A stretch of 64,000 bases of DNA from the NCBI RefSeq assembly GCF_963853765.1, contig NC_088858.1, positions 46,872,001 through 46,936,000 of the forward strand, in the 5' to 3' direction. Position numbers and translations under genes: made by a program. Origin of the DNA: Magallana gigas. Lineage: Eukaryota. This document shows, piece after piece, positions 13,557 to 26,400 of this stretch (positions are counted from its first letter, which is position 1; every line of letters begins with the position of its first letter). The notes under the pieces were generated by a model. That model was not told the DNA's origin, ran no database searches, and was given only the letters and a program-made list of their open reading frames with translations.

Positions 13557-15771
13557 TCACATGCTGTTGATTTGTTGAAGAATTCCAAGAGTGACATCTC
13601 GCAGTGTCTGGAATAAAGAGAAAGAAAGCAGAATGAAATACATAATCTGATATCATTGAAATAATGATTATTTCTATTAATAATTTTGAATTGATAGTTC
13701 ACACATCAATACAAAGCTGTGCACTGTTCTTATGAAAACTGTAAAAACATATTTTCAATTCTCATAAATTTTTGTGTCCTGTCTTGATTGGGTGGAAAAT
13801 ACCATATAAAATACAGTTGGTAGATAACAGATTTTCTCAACAGGTGCTTGGTTTTACCTGGGGTTTACAGTATTCCTCCAGCCAATTGAAAACACTCCCT
13901 GACAGCTCTGCGAAGTTCGACACCGAAATATTGGCATTAAATGACTGGAACAGGTTATCCATGATGTTCTGAAACTATACAATTAGGTGACATTGTAAAC
14001 CAGAGCTCTCCTAAAGTAAGGATTACTGAATGTTGTCATTAAAAATACTCTTGAAGAGCTAAACTTCAAGAAAATAATTCTTACCACTTGAAATTTCTTC
14101 TCATCTGACACCAAATTTTGTCCATGCATGGGGGTATTCTGGTGAGTTTTTACTATATGTTCATAGTTTCTGAAAAAAATATTAAATCATAAATAATAAC
14201 GTACCTTACAATAGAAAAATATTACTCAATCAGGTGTTATCTTCCTTGTACCCCAACATCCATTTATAATGCAGGAATATTTACGAACATGACAGCTGAG
14301 TGTTCATTGTATTTATTGATTGTTCCAAGAAAACCCAACTGTTCAGACATTTCAAAATCTTTCATTGACCTGTTTCAATATTATGAACATATGATAGACA
14401 AAAGGTTTCATTTCATGCAGTGATTGTACACACACGAACTGTCGTATAAAGAAGTACTCACGCCTTCATGATCTTCAGTGCCATGACTTCCTTTCTCAGG
14501 GAATCCAGTTCTTCTTCCTGTTTCTTCTTCTGAGAGATCAAAAACTGGATGTAATCAATGGCTGAAAGAAAAGGAAATGGGATTTAATTACCCAGCAATA
14601 ATGACAGAGGAATTCAAAGGCTAAAAAATAATAAAATTATTTTCAAGGAATCTGTTCACAGGAAGAAACTCGATTATATCATTGACGATAGGGGAATCTA
14701 GATAAAATCAATGAATGAAAAGTGTTTTTAAAGTAAACAAGAATAAAAATGCAAAAATTATGGTCGTCGTTGATATCCTGCCTTAAAATATAGGTAACTA
14801 GAGGGGATACACTGAGTGGATTTAAGGACAAAGAACGCTTACATCGCTGTAAAACTGTTGCTTTGCTCAGTTTTGTTCCACCAATTTGGTCTGTCTGCTG
14901 ACATGTTGGAACTATGTACTGTAGCTCATCATAACCTTTCTGAAATTGATATGTACAATTCGATCTGTGAAACAATCAAGTTTCAATGAATCCGGATTGC
15001 TGGCAAGTTATAAAGGTATCAAGATTTACTGTGACCTTTGTGCTATACTTTAATCAATTATGAATACATGTGATATAATTTATAGATCCAGTCTACTGTC
15101 ATTTTGGTGAATGGGCATGCATATGAAAGACTGGCTGTGATGCAAAAAAAAGAATAAAATAATAGAACAAATTTTACTCCATGTGTATTTAAAATAATTA
15201 AATAAAAACCGATAAAAATATGCTTAATCAGTTACAGAAGTTACCAGCTACATAAATCCTGTTCAAACTCTAATGTTTGGTTTGCATTAATATTGAAGAA
15301 TTTGGTCTATCATAACTAAAATTTAACCATTGTTTCTCTCACAATTTTGTTTTACCTTAATGGCATCTCTGCGTTTCTGTTCTGCTTGGGTGTGGGCTTC
15401 CCTGCGTCTGTCTTTGTAACTCAAAGTAGGTTTACTGTCACTGTCTTCTTCATCTACATTTTATGATATAACATAAAAATGGAAAACATGTACACCACTA
15501 GAGGGTAAACGGGCTCAGTCAGATTAAGATTTCAGCCTTTATATGCTTACCGGTACATATAAATTTGCAAATTATAAATACTTTTATGAGCTAGTGGATT
15601 CAGCCAAATATGGATATGTTGACATTAATATTAGAGAACGTAAGAACACTGACCCGATCCCTGGGCTGAGGATGCTGAGGAGAAACAGCCTGCTGGGATA
15701 GAACCGGTACTGCTGGTTCTGGAGAAAGAAAACCTGGAGTTGGTTGTTGGGCTTGTATCTTCACCATCCAT
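13557..15771 (-). CDS. MLX: Max-like protein X (bHLH-ZIP plus DCD), 7 coding exons
   Basis: Exons 15771-15654, 15453-15356, 14939-14843, 14561-14462, 14169-14085, 13974-13858, 13607-13557 (TGA). Translation RREAHTQAEQKRRDAIKKGYDELQYIVPTCQQ...KLSKATVLQRSIDYIQFL...LKIMKANYEHIVK...FQNIMDNLFQSFN...LEEYCKPQTLR is diagnostic for MLX. Start codon assigned to the first in-frame ATG; a non-coding exon probably ends near 16211. Confidence 0.95.
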
Positions 15772-16279
15772 CTCTAAACATAAATTGATTGCAAGAAAGA
15801 AATATAAGCAAATTTTTTAACACATGAAAGTTTTAAATTTATCAATTATTTTATCATGCATCCACTATCTATACATATAGTATATTCATAAATCATGTAT
15901 CCCCACATGCATTCAAACAAAATATAAATTAACATGTAGGATATCAAATGGGCCATAGCTTGTCAGCTACATATATAGGCTTATAAAATAAAAAAAGTCA
16001 GCTTCAATTTCAAATAAAACATGAATAATTAGGATTGGTTTTCTTTTTTATTAAATCATGTAACTGTTATCACAATGACCTACATTTCTTTTGACCAATA
16101 CATTACAGTACATGTAACGGCCTATTCATAGCAAATCAAAGAATATAAATCGGAGACAATACGCTACAAACAGTCATGATCTCATATTAAAACAGTTTCC
16201 AAAGGTTTCACCTGTGTCTTATTTGTCAGGACATCATATTTATGTACCACAGTCGGCCTTGTTTACAAAGCTTTGCGAA

Positions 16280-16287
16280 CCGGAAGT
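16280..16287 (+). promoter_or_regulatory. ETS/GABP-type CCGGAAGT motif at the presumed MLX promoter
   Basis: Perfect CCGGAAGT just upstream of the putative MLX 5' UTR exon. Confidence 0.4.
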
Positions 16288-17095
16288 TGATTTTAGAGAT
16301 GTTGCAACAAAGGATCTCTAATTACCCGAAAAACTAAAATGACCTGAATTTTTCTATAAATGCTTAATCCTGAATCAAAGTAGATCAATATATGTGTTCT
16401 TTGTCGTTTTTGTGATGAAATTTGTTTAAAAAAAACGTAACTAAAAATTTGGATAGAAAAAAATTATCAAGTGCCATTATTACATGTATTTGCGATATTA
16501 TTTTTACATATATTTACTGAAAGATTTCTAAAATGCGAGTGGTTTGAAATTGAATACTGTTTTAGAAATTTACCATGTGAGAGGTTGCACCTTAAATTCT
16601 GTAAAATTAATTTTTTTGTGTTCACAGGAAAACTACAAAATTAATTTTTCATGGTAGGTTCCCTTTGATCAGTTATGGATATCGTCGGATTGTTAATCAG
16701 AAGTTGGAATTTGTCTACAGAATTTCCTGTATGCGTATGAAGGTAGTAAAATCGGTAGAGAGTAAAATCTTTTTGTACTTGCAAGAAATCATGATTTGCA
16801 TGTACAAAAGTTAAGAAAAATTCTGAAAATCAAAGATGAAGTAATTTATTATGGAAAACATAAATTTTCCTGTCATAAAACCTTTTTATATGTGTAAATT
16901 ATAATGTTAAAAATTGGTATTCAAGTCAACAAAGATTTACTGGTGGCAATTAAGCACATATATAAAACTTAAACAAAATTGGGGTTATGAGAACTATTTA
17001 TCAGTAGTTAAAAATTTTGATCACAGGAAATCTCTATGTAAATCAGGGACGTATATATATACGTCCCTGTGTTAATTAAGAATTTTTGTCGCGAG

Positions 17096-17750
17096 TTGCA
17101 AATTGAAGTAGGTAGATATACCAACACCCATAGAGAAGACCGATTATGTAATGGATGTAATTCTAACAGTATAGATGATGAAACTCATCTTTTGATTACA
17201 TGTAAAAAAAAAAAAAAAAAATTATAATCACCAAAAATTAGAAACAATTCAGTTAAATTTAAAGCAAATTTCCAAAAAATTTTAGCTTTAGATAATGAAG
17301 CCATTTTTTTGGCTAATCAATTTTAAAGATAAGGAAATTCTTAATTTTGAGGGCAAATTTATAAATCACGACATGCTATAGTAGTCATACACTTTTTATA
17401 AATTGTACCTTTTAATGAAATGGTGTAATTTGCTGGAATATTAACAATGTCATTTACTATAATTGTTATACTTTAATAAATACCATACTCTTCTATCTAT
17501 TCAGTGGCATATCTTTCTCTTGTAATTGTAACAATTTCATACATATCTGTTCTGGGCTCTGAATTAGAAATAATTAAATGTTCTGTTTTCTTCTGTATTA
17601 ATTATTATTTTTCGTGCGGTCTTGTACATACACAGTTCATATTTCTGCAAATTATGGATTACGCCCCTATTTTGTTATTATTGTGCTACCAGGGACCGCC
17701 TCGATACAAAAACAGGTGTCTGTGGTAAATTGATAGAAAATTAAAATTAA
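17096..17750 (+). mobile_element. 5'-truncated LINE remnant (ORF2 C-terminal Cys/His motif plus 3' UTR)
   Basis: 17096-17203 reads LQIEVGRYTNTHREDRLCNGCNSNSIDDETHLLITC, the typical L-x-I-E-x-GRY...R-x-C-x2-C...DE-x-H-x-L-x2-C tail of non-LTR retrotransposon ORF2; followed by a T-rich tail. The 3' end is approximate. Confidence 0.75.
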
Positions 17751-18338
17751 ACGAACCAACGGCGTTAGACACTGTACTTATATAGGAATTCATCACCTAA
17801 AAATATCAGATTTAATCTTTATCTTTTCTTTAATATTGTGATGTTGATTATTTTTCTCGTCTACAGTCGATAAACCTAATATAATTTATCAGATGTGAAA
17901 CTATGTTAACATTATCTTGGATTTTCTGTACTAAATGTTAGCAATCAGCTTAGAAATATATTGAAAAATCTAATACAGAAGTGATGGGTAGTTTGATGAC
18001 CACCCAGCCTCCTTCAGCTAGTGGTATATTAGTATGCGACGCTCCGATCACATTGAACAGATTTCAATGCGGTTTTTTAAAAATCGTCTTATCTTTTGGA
18101 TCGTATTTTTTCCCCAGATTTTATTACACATTTTTCTTTCTCTCTGAAAAATGGGATAAAGATGGATGTATCAAGAAAAAAAATGAATTTGTTTGCTTAC
18201 TGAACTAAAATTTCGATCCGTTGAAAAGAATAATGATTATTAAAACTAAATAACAGTAACGTGGTCGCGCAGAATGGAGGCTGGTCTGTTGGTTTAGATC
18301 GAATAAAACAATTGACATATACTTTAAAAACTCAGAAT

Positions 18339-20820
18339 TTAATGTGTATCATCTTCAAACATCTTGTTATTGGCAGTTATTGTTTCATTTTTAATGAGTG
18401 ATTTCTCGTCGTTGACGTCATATTCAACAGAACACATGAATGCCTTTGTTATTCCGTGGTTGTTTATATTGTATTCTTTTGCTGAGCCGGGTGTTTCTAT
18501 ATCCAATGCGTCTCTTGAGTTCAATGAAGGGTCTTCTTTGTAAAAATTAAACGGAGAGAGGATGAACGACTGGACATTTCCTGCTGTCTGAGAAACCGGA
18601 AGTGATTCCATTGATGGAACCGAGTAAGTCCTGAGAGTTACCCAGGCAACCAAATCCTACGAAAAGCAAAAATAAATATATGTATTTAATAAATATATCC
18701 TTATAATTTTTGCGTTGATACGTGATCTTTGTCAAATTCATTAATTAAGAAACGCTGACAAATGGATTTAATATACTCACTTCATCTATAATATTCTCAT
18801 TATCATCAATGTAGTTTTGAAAACTAACTACTGGCTTCTGTGAATCCCACATGGAATATATGGAGCTGCTACGGGTTTCTGTTGGTTTGTTTTTGGTCAC
18901 TGCCAGAGAATAACGGGACCAGGTTATAGAGGGTTCGTTCCCCAACCCCGGGGCCAACAACTGCCGTGCCCCAGTACCGATTAGTTGAACAAGATAGGCA
19001 CTGGGTTCCTTATACTGAGTCTTTACCTTGTCATTGTGAAATAAATAGTAGCTCTCTGAGGTATTTTGTATTGTTCCTTCCTGTTCGGTCACTCGGAGGT
19101 TTCTCCTTATTTTTAACTGGTGGAAAATGTCGTCATCAGTTTCAGACCAGTCACTGGTATATACACTATGAGGCTCAATATCAATGCTCTCAAAACGATT
19201 GTCTTTGCCGTTTATGTCTAGATCTACTTTAAAATGAAAAGAAAATTGTCGCACTGGTGCTATAAAATTTTCCCGTAACCGAAACCCGTAACGCAGCTCC
19301 TGAGGCATATGGAATGTTCCCATTGGAAACCCTGTAAAAGAGGCCCTAGTTTCTAATGCTCCATTTAATCGGAACACAAAATCTATGATGAATTCGTTAC
19401 TACGTAACGAGAGTATAGACCGTAACGTTAATGAAATATCAGAGAGTCCAGAGAACGACTTATCTGATGATTGTCGTCGAAGAGGAAAACCAGAATCATG
19501 CTCGAACACACAGAAGGCTCTAGGAGTAATGGCAGTGTTAGTCGTACCTTCTTGTAAGGTAGTGACAGGTATGAAGGTGGCATGAACAGGACAGTCTACT
19601 GAAGGTATCAAAGACTTTGCATTCTTACCAAGTAACATGCCACTAAAAACCATATTGGAATAACGCAACCATGGCTGATGCCCGGAGGCAGAAGCTGCTA
19701 TTTCTTGAAGACTGAGTTCGTACACAATACGCTTGTTTCTGTGCCTCACATCCAGTAACTGTGGTCCGGTTGTTGCCGACATCCGGAAGTGGAAGTCCCA
19801 CTCCATATACTGAATTCTTCCCTGGTTGACAGAGTATCTATGGCCATCAGGTTCTACCATCTTTGGACTGCGCAGTCTCAACAACGGTTGAGGAACCTCG
19901 TTAAAAGGAAACATTTTCGGATCTACTGGGAAAGGCACAGGAGTAAGGATAACATTTCCGGAAAGATATGCCTCTAATAGTTCTTCGGGAGTACGATACT
20001 CCTGTCCCATAAACCTCAGCCGCTCTATCTGATACTTTCTTGGATCAGGTCCTTCTAGATTAAACAAAATGAAGAAGTCAACAGGGTTGAGCACCGGAAA
20101 TTCTACCTTGTAATGAGCCCAGTACCACACCAGTCGCTCGTTTCTACCTGATACTACAGGAGACACGGGCGTGTAATAGTCCAATGTCAAACACTGGGAA
20201 TCACAGTGAAAAAAGCTGGCCTCGAAAGTCTCTTCGAGCACGAATTTCAGAGAAAAATCAACTTGCTTCATTAATTTTCGAACGCCTCGGTTCTCAATGG
20301 ACGACATTGGTCTGAATCTGTAAGGCGCGGACGCAATAAGGCGGTGATATTCTATATTATTCAGTGGGCCCACAGCATACTCCTCCACTACAGGTGGCGA
20401 TTTGTCGCCACGGAATAACACCACACGGACCTCCCTGGGCGGCTCAGGGCTATCTAAAGAGTCAAGAAACTCCAAAGCAGACGTTTTGTTGGGCAGTAAT
20501 AGCTCTATGTTATACAAATAGCAGAAATTCGAGGCGAACCTTTTCTTCGTAAAATTAAATGTTTTGTCGGAATATAAATAATGCCCCACAGCTCGTGTCT
20601 CGTTTTCCGTCAGATCCCGGAATAAACTGCGACCCGGAGCGCCCAGAATGTGGCGTTCTGTGTCTATTTCTCGATGGCAGACGGCGCACTTAGGACGACG
20701 GACAATTTCGTAATAAATGATCATAACAGCAAACCCTACAATGAAAATAACAAGGAACACCAGCAGTAAGAGAGCATAGCCCCTCCACTGCCGGGCCGAA
20801 TCACGGTATTCCTCACCCAT
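18339..20820 (-). CDS. Copper amine oxidase (AOC1/AOC3-type) homologue, type II membrane protein, predicted catalytically dead
   Basis: Large exon ~20832-18781 joined (IDE|DLVAWVT) to terminal exon 18656-18339; possible extra phase-2 upstream exon ~21038-20992. N-terminal TM ALLLLVFLVIFIVGFAVMII. CAO motifs: YLYSIELLLPNK-like YLYNIELLLPNK, IVYELSLQE, DCPVHATF, AFCVFEHD, HFKVDLDING, WSRYSLAVTK, SSSIY, DLVAWVT, LSPFNFYKEDPS. Confidence 0.9.
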
Positions 20821-21176
20821 TCCATGCACTCTGTACAGCAAGCATTAGTTGCTGCCGCGAGATCTTACATATTTTTCTTGCATGAAAATTGAAGAGAACT
20901 GATTTTGGAAATGCCAGATTTCACGGAGCTATATTTTGTTTCTGAAACTAATTGACGAGATAAACTTTTATTTGATTTAGCTTCGTACCGTCGGTTCCAC
21001 ACTGCTTCTCTGTTAGACCATGGCGCGGCAGGAAACTGAAAATCAGATTTTCACGCTTTTTTACAAAACGACGGAAGTTTGAACGTGATAGATACACATG
21101 GAAGAGATAATACCGGGTCCTGCCCTTATTTTCCACCTAGCTTAAAATTAACCTTTGGATATACCGGTATTTCATC

Positions 21177-21179
<3 letters not shown>

Positions 21180-21224
<45 letters not shown>
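21180..21224. repeat. (GA)n microsatellite
   Basis: Pure GA run seen directly. Confidence 0.95.
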
Positions 21225-21226
<2 letters not shown>

Positions 21227-23401
21227 TTTTCATTTGTAATTTAAAGCGTATATTAAACGCAAAAGGTCTTTAATATTTATATAGAGTGATATTTTTTTAT
21301 TTCAGTTGTAGAAAAAAATTCATACACAAAAAAAGAAATCTCTAAAATTAATCAGTTAAAAGAGGCAAAATTCCAATTTAAACAGACCTAAAATCACGTT
21401 TCGGCACAGCTTTTGAGACTGGGTTAATTTCAGATGGAAACTATATCTTGATTGGCATACGAAGAAACCCGATCTCACATTGATATGAAATAGCTGGAAA
21501 TGCCGATATTCATTTAATGTATGTCATGGCTGGGGTTTTTCGCTCTCTGTAACTTAACCTTGTCTTATACATGTATGGGTTTTTTTATCTAAAAGATATG
21601 ATGTTTTATAAAAAGAATGAAATACATTGACCAAATTACTCTGGAGTGTGGTAAAATTAGGATAACTAGAATACATGGTTTCCCATTTACCTATAAATGA
21701 TATACATGTACATACAGAAGATATTAACAAATCGAACGGTAATCAATGGGTTTTTTTCAGTTCAATAATTTAAACAAAAATAATGATAAGAATTTGTAAA
21801 CTGTCTGTTCTCAGAATTTTAAAGTGCAAAGCATTCACGTACACAAATACTCAAGCACATGTTTCATCGCAATGGCCCCAGCTGCACTAGCTTGAGTAGC
21901 TTCACGTTTTTTGAAGAATTTGGAACGATTCATGCACGCATTGTAGGCCTACAACGTTAAAAATCGTGCTGCCTTTGTATTTTAATATACTATAAAGGAT
22001 GCGACGGACTAGTTCGTATAGATGGTTTCTTTGCGTTGATCAACCTCTTCACTCCTTTTGTTTTACTTTGTTAAAGTTTTATAGATTTTCTTTGTGTTCG
22101 TACAACACTGTTCAGGTCTTCATTCCTATCAATAAATAACCAAAGACAACATTTTCCCCCATTTTTGCCTTTTCTTCATTATCCTGAAATAAGTGAGACA
22201 CATACTAAATGCAGTAGGCAAAAAATGAAAATATCTTTTTAAAGAAACTGTAACGGTACTACATTGTACACTGTAACAATTATATGTGGTGCTCTGAAAT
22301 GCCAGCGACTTTTGCAGCGCTACGAATAAACATGTACGATGTATATGGACGTAAAAGAAATCACCCAAATTTTATTCAAGGGTTATTCTGTTATTTTCTG
22401 CAACTTGAGAGTATTTTGAGGTTCTCGATCTGTGGTTGAAAATAAAAAAAAAAACAAACAATGAGGTTGGACTTTTTATCTCTTTTAATATAATTGTATT
22501 CTACGTATCTATGGTATACAATAAAAAAGAAAAGTACAGCGAATTTATACAATATGTAACAACACAGTGAAACGTTGTGTTATAAATTACAGAGGATAAT
22601 GTTAAAACTTCGGTGAGGATTACTTTGTTTATTGCATGGAAAGGAAGGAGTAACAATGTAATGTAATGTGAGAAGCGGCTGATTGAGAGTAAAGCACTTG
22701 CAACAATGCAAACATCGTAAATTAATAGTTATATACAATAACATGTACTATAATTATCTTTATCATGATTGCCAGTAATCAAACACATCAATAGCTATAT
22801 ATAACGGACAGTTTATGCAGCACAGAAACGTTAAAATTTGGACCGGAAATGACGCTACAAAGCGATATTAGGCAGTTCCGGAAAATCTGCTTGGTTCCTG
22901 TGCTACATAAATCTGGCTTTTGGCAACATTTTTTTTCATACCAACTTTGTCATTTATAACAATAAACACAAAAACTACGACACATAAATATATATCATAA
23001 TCCGGACACCAAAAGGCGACCTTATTCTAAAAAAATAGAGGTATATGAATTTTATAGTTGCATACAGAAAGAGAATTGTCACAGAAAACTATAAAAGCAA
23101 ATTTATTTTTAGCATATTGCGTCACTAATGTTCAATGAACAAGGTCGATCGATCCTCTTAATATGACTTTGATGGCTTTGTTAGTTATAGCACTACCACT
23201 TCGCATGCAGGAGCTTTCTCCGATCATGATTCTATTTTCTGCCTTTACCAAACCAAACGAAAAAGGCACTAGAGCGAAAATGCAGTAGGAATTCCCCCAT
23301 ATTCTGTACCAACATTAAATCCGACCATAACATACTACAAAAACATAATATCACAGATCTGTATATGGAAAAATGGAATAAATTCTAATTTCTTGTGCAG
23401 A

Positions 23402-26400
23402 TTATGCAGCGGTCATCTGCATTCGGTTTGGTGACTGAAAGCCATTTAGCGACTGGACACTCTCGAAGACGGGCTGGTACAATTTATGGCCTCGCTGATC
23501 AGTTGAGACAAACTGGAATTGTGTCTGACCTTTTTCGATTCCTAGAACTGGGCATACCTCTACGTGTTTTGGTGTAAAGTCTGTGCGGTACATGGTACCA
23601 TCCTCAAACTTGGAGCCGCTCTGGAAAGCTGTGTTATCGGGTCTAAAGCTTCTGTTTGGCTGTAATTCGTGGGGAATGTAATGAGCCTTCTGTGTAGAAA
23701 GGCCCTCAAATGGCGCCGTGTTTGGATGGTATTCGTCTCGCATCATGGGCTTGTTTTTGTTCATTTCCCATTTCTTGTAATCATTGGCGTAACTGGTACT
23801 ACCGTCAAATGGAGCGTTACGGGCTTTATTGGCGGACGACGGGCGGTGAGCGACCACTCGATCCAATGGCAGCTCTCTGTAAGTCGAATTATGCGTGGTG
23901 GTCATTTCCATGGTACCGTCAGGCTTTTTGTACTGCTCATGCGCATGTACATAGGGGCGTTCCATTGGCCATCTTCGATAGTCGTTCCTGTTGGTAGTTA
24001 CGTCCTCTAACGGTTTCCCGGATGAGAACGCTTGGTTATCAGGCTTGAAACTTCTAGTAATCTCTCCGGGGTTGCCCTTGAAATCTCGTTTGAATGTGGT
24101 CATGTCCTCAAATGGTGCTCCTGGCCCTTTGTACTGCTCTTTGGGATGGACGTATTTTGGCTCCAGAGTGTGTTTGATGTAAGCATCCCTGTAGCCAGTC
24201 CTGTCGTTGAAGGGTGAGTCGGACATCTGGGCCGCCTGTGGGGGCTTAATCATACCGCGTCTTCGGGCATCGTGCTTAATAAAATCGTGGTGCATGGTGC
24301 TCTCCCCCTCAAACCTGTTGGTGGGCGGCTGCCAGGCGTCCTGGGAGACATAGGGACCCACGCGGCCCGACATGTCCCACTTCCGGTAGTCGGCTGTAAA
24401 GATCAAAACAAGGACTTATAAAAAGAAACAACATCAGTGTTGATTGCGAAAATGTCATACAAACAGTATAAAATTACAAAAACTGGTTAAACTTTATAAA
24501 TTATAATAATGATTTTTTTTTTATAGATGCGACACAAACGAATGATTTTTTGGTGGTACCATTTGGTATTGAAAAGTTATCAAACATTGGTAAGGATCTA
24601 ACATCATTATAAAAAGAAGAAAAAGACGAAAACGTTAAACTGTAAACAAGTGGCCTTACGGTAATTTTGGGATACGTTAAGTGAAATAACTGGTGGCTAA
24701 TTACTTTTATAGGTGGGCTCTCCCTCAAATCTGCCCTGAGCCAGACGCTGACCATCATGTTTAATAGCTCTCGCAGGTGCCTGGTATTTTTCTGAAGTAA
24801 ACCAAAAAAGATAATTATTAATCTACAAAGGTGCACGCCATCTCCACATTTTATGAATAAAGTGTTAGTAGGTTGAAGCCAAGTGAACCTCAATGATACC
24901 TTTTGAATACTATCAATATTATCATAAGTGGCCTTAAAAACTTACAAGACTCACCAACAATAAAAGCAGTGAATCTTAAGGGTCCTTCCAAAAACAAAAA
25001 TACACAGTATATACTAGTACATATACTACAATATTTCCGCCTGTCTCAAAGTTCAATCTAAAACTACTACAATATTAGAACCATTTTAACAAGACCTTGG
25101 ACTTTCGGTTGGACGTAGCAATCTATCTCTTGCGTCAAAAACAAGTTAAAAATGATATGGTTTCAAGCGAAATATACACCGATTGCGTAGTCTTAGCTCA
25201 ATAGCCAGACAAATCTTGTTGATTTCAAAGAGCAATGGCTGAGTGGCCAGCAATGAAACAGACAGGCCTACGTTACATCGCCGTTTGATACATCTACCCA
25301 AAGTCCAAGCTCTTGTTAAAATGGTTCTTCATGTGATATTCTAGGTCCTTCCAAACACACTACAATATTACCGAGGATATTTAAGGTCCTCCAAAAGAAT
25401 ACGACAATATACTGTTTATATTTAAGGTTCTTTATAATACTACAATATTACCGAGGATATATAATGTCTTCCAAAAGATTACAATATTAGAGCATATTTA
25501 AAAGTCCTTCCAAAGACTACTAAAATAAAACCGAGGATTTTATCTTAATTATTCTAAGTTTTCTCCAAATTCTCATGAGATTGCAATCTTGCTAACTTGA
25601 ACAAAATATACTTCTATGGTAAAAGAAATTATTCTCTAGTCGGAACTTAAAATTCCAAGGGCAATTTACTTTGTAAATAATGAATAGTCTAATGAGTCCT
25701 TTTTTTATTTATATACTTAATGCTCCAAATAATTAGAGTTAAGCTTAGATTAAACTAGCTGTTCTAAATATCTTAAGACTTATAAAGACTGTGCTATTTA
25801 ACTTTAAAATCAGTTCAATGTGTATTCGTAAACATTCAACCCAACCATGACAATCAGGTAACGGGGTGATATGGGGAGTACACGTGGGCTAAGGTTACCT
25901 ATTGTTACCTATATACCCTATCCCGAGGATTAGCCCAATTCATGTACATCGTGGCTGTACACTCTGAGATTGATTTAATGATTTAAGCCTCAATACTTAA
26001 TCCGAAATAAAAACACTGAAGGGGATTTGTCCAAGAGATTACGGACAAGCGGTATACGTGACGATTGGTAACACCTATGGAGGGTAATAAAGTGAACTAA
26101 CTTTTACATGTATACACAACAGCCACCGGGAATTACTTATTATACATATATATTTCCCATTGGATTCTCGATCGCATAAATAGTAATGTCAGCTTGAATC
26201 AATAGAAAATACTAGCAGTACAGAAAGACGTAACTGGGAATACAATTATATAAATCATAAATAATCATAGCCAAGTACTTGAATGAGGCAGTCCAGAAGG
26301 ACTGTCGTTATGTTGAAGCCCCGTGAGTATTCCGTAACCGACCGACTAAATGTAAAGGGAGGAGGGATTACCGTTCTATGCATAACACGACCCACGGAGG

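Noticed and set aside
18966-20552. Plus-strand short ORFs
   Set aside because: Antisense to the amine oxidase exon.
23395-24217. Several plus-strand ORFs (60-113 aa)
   Set aside because: Antisense to the SAXO terminal exon.
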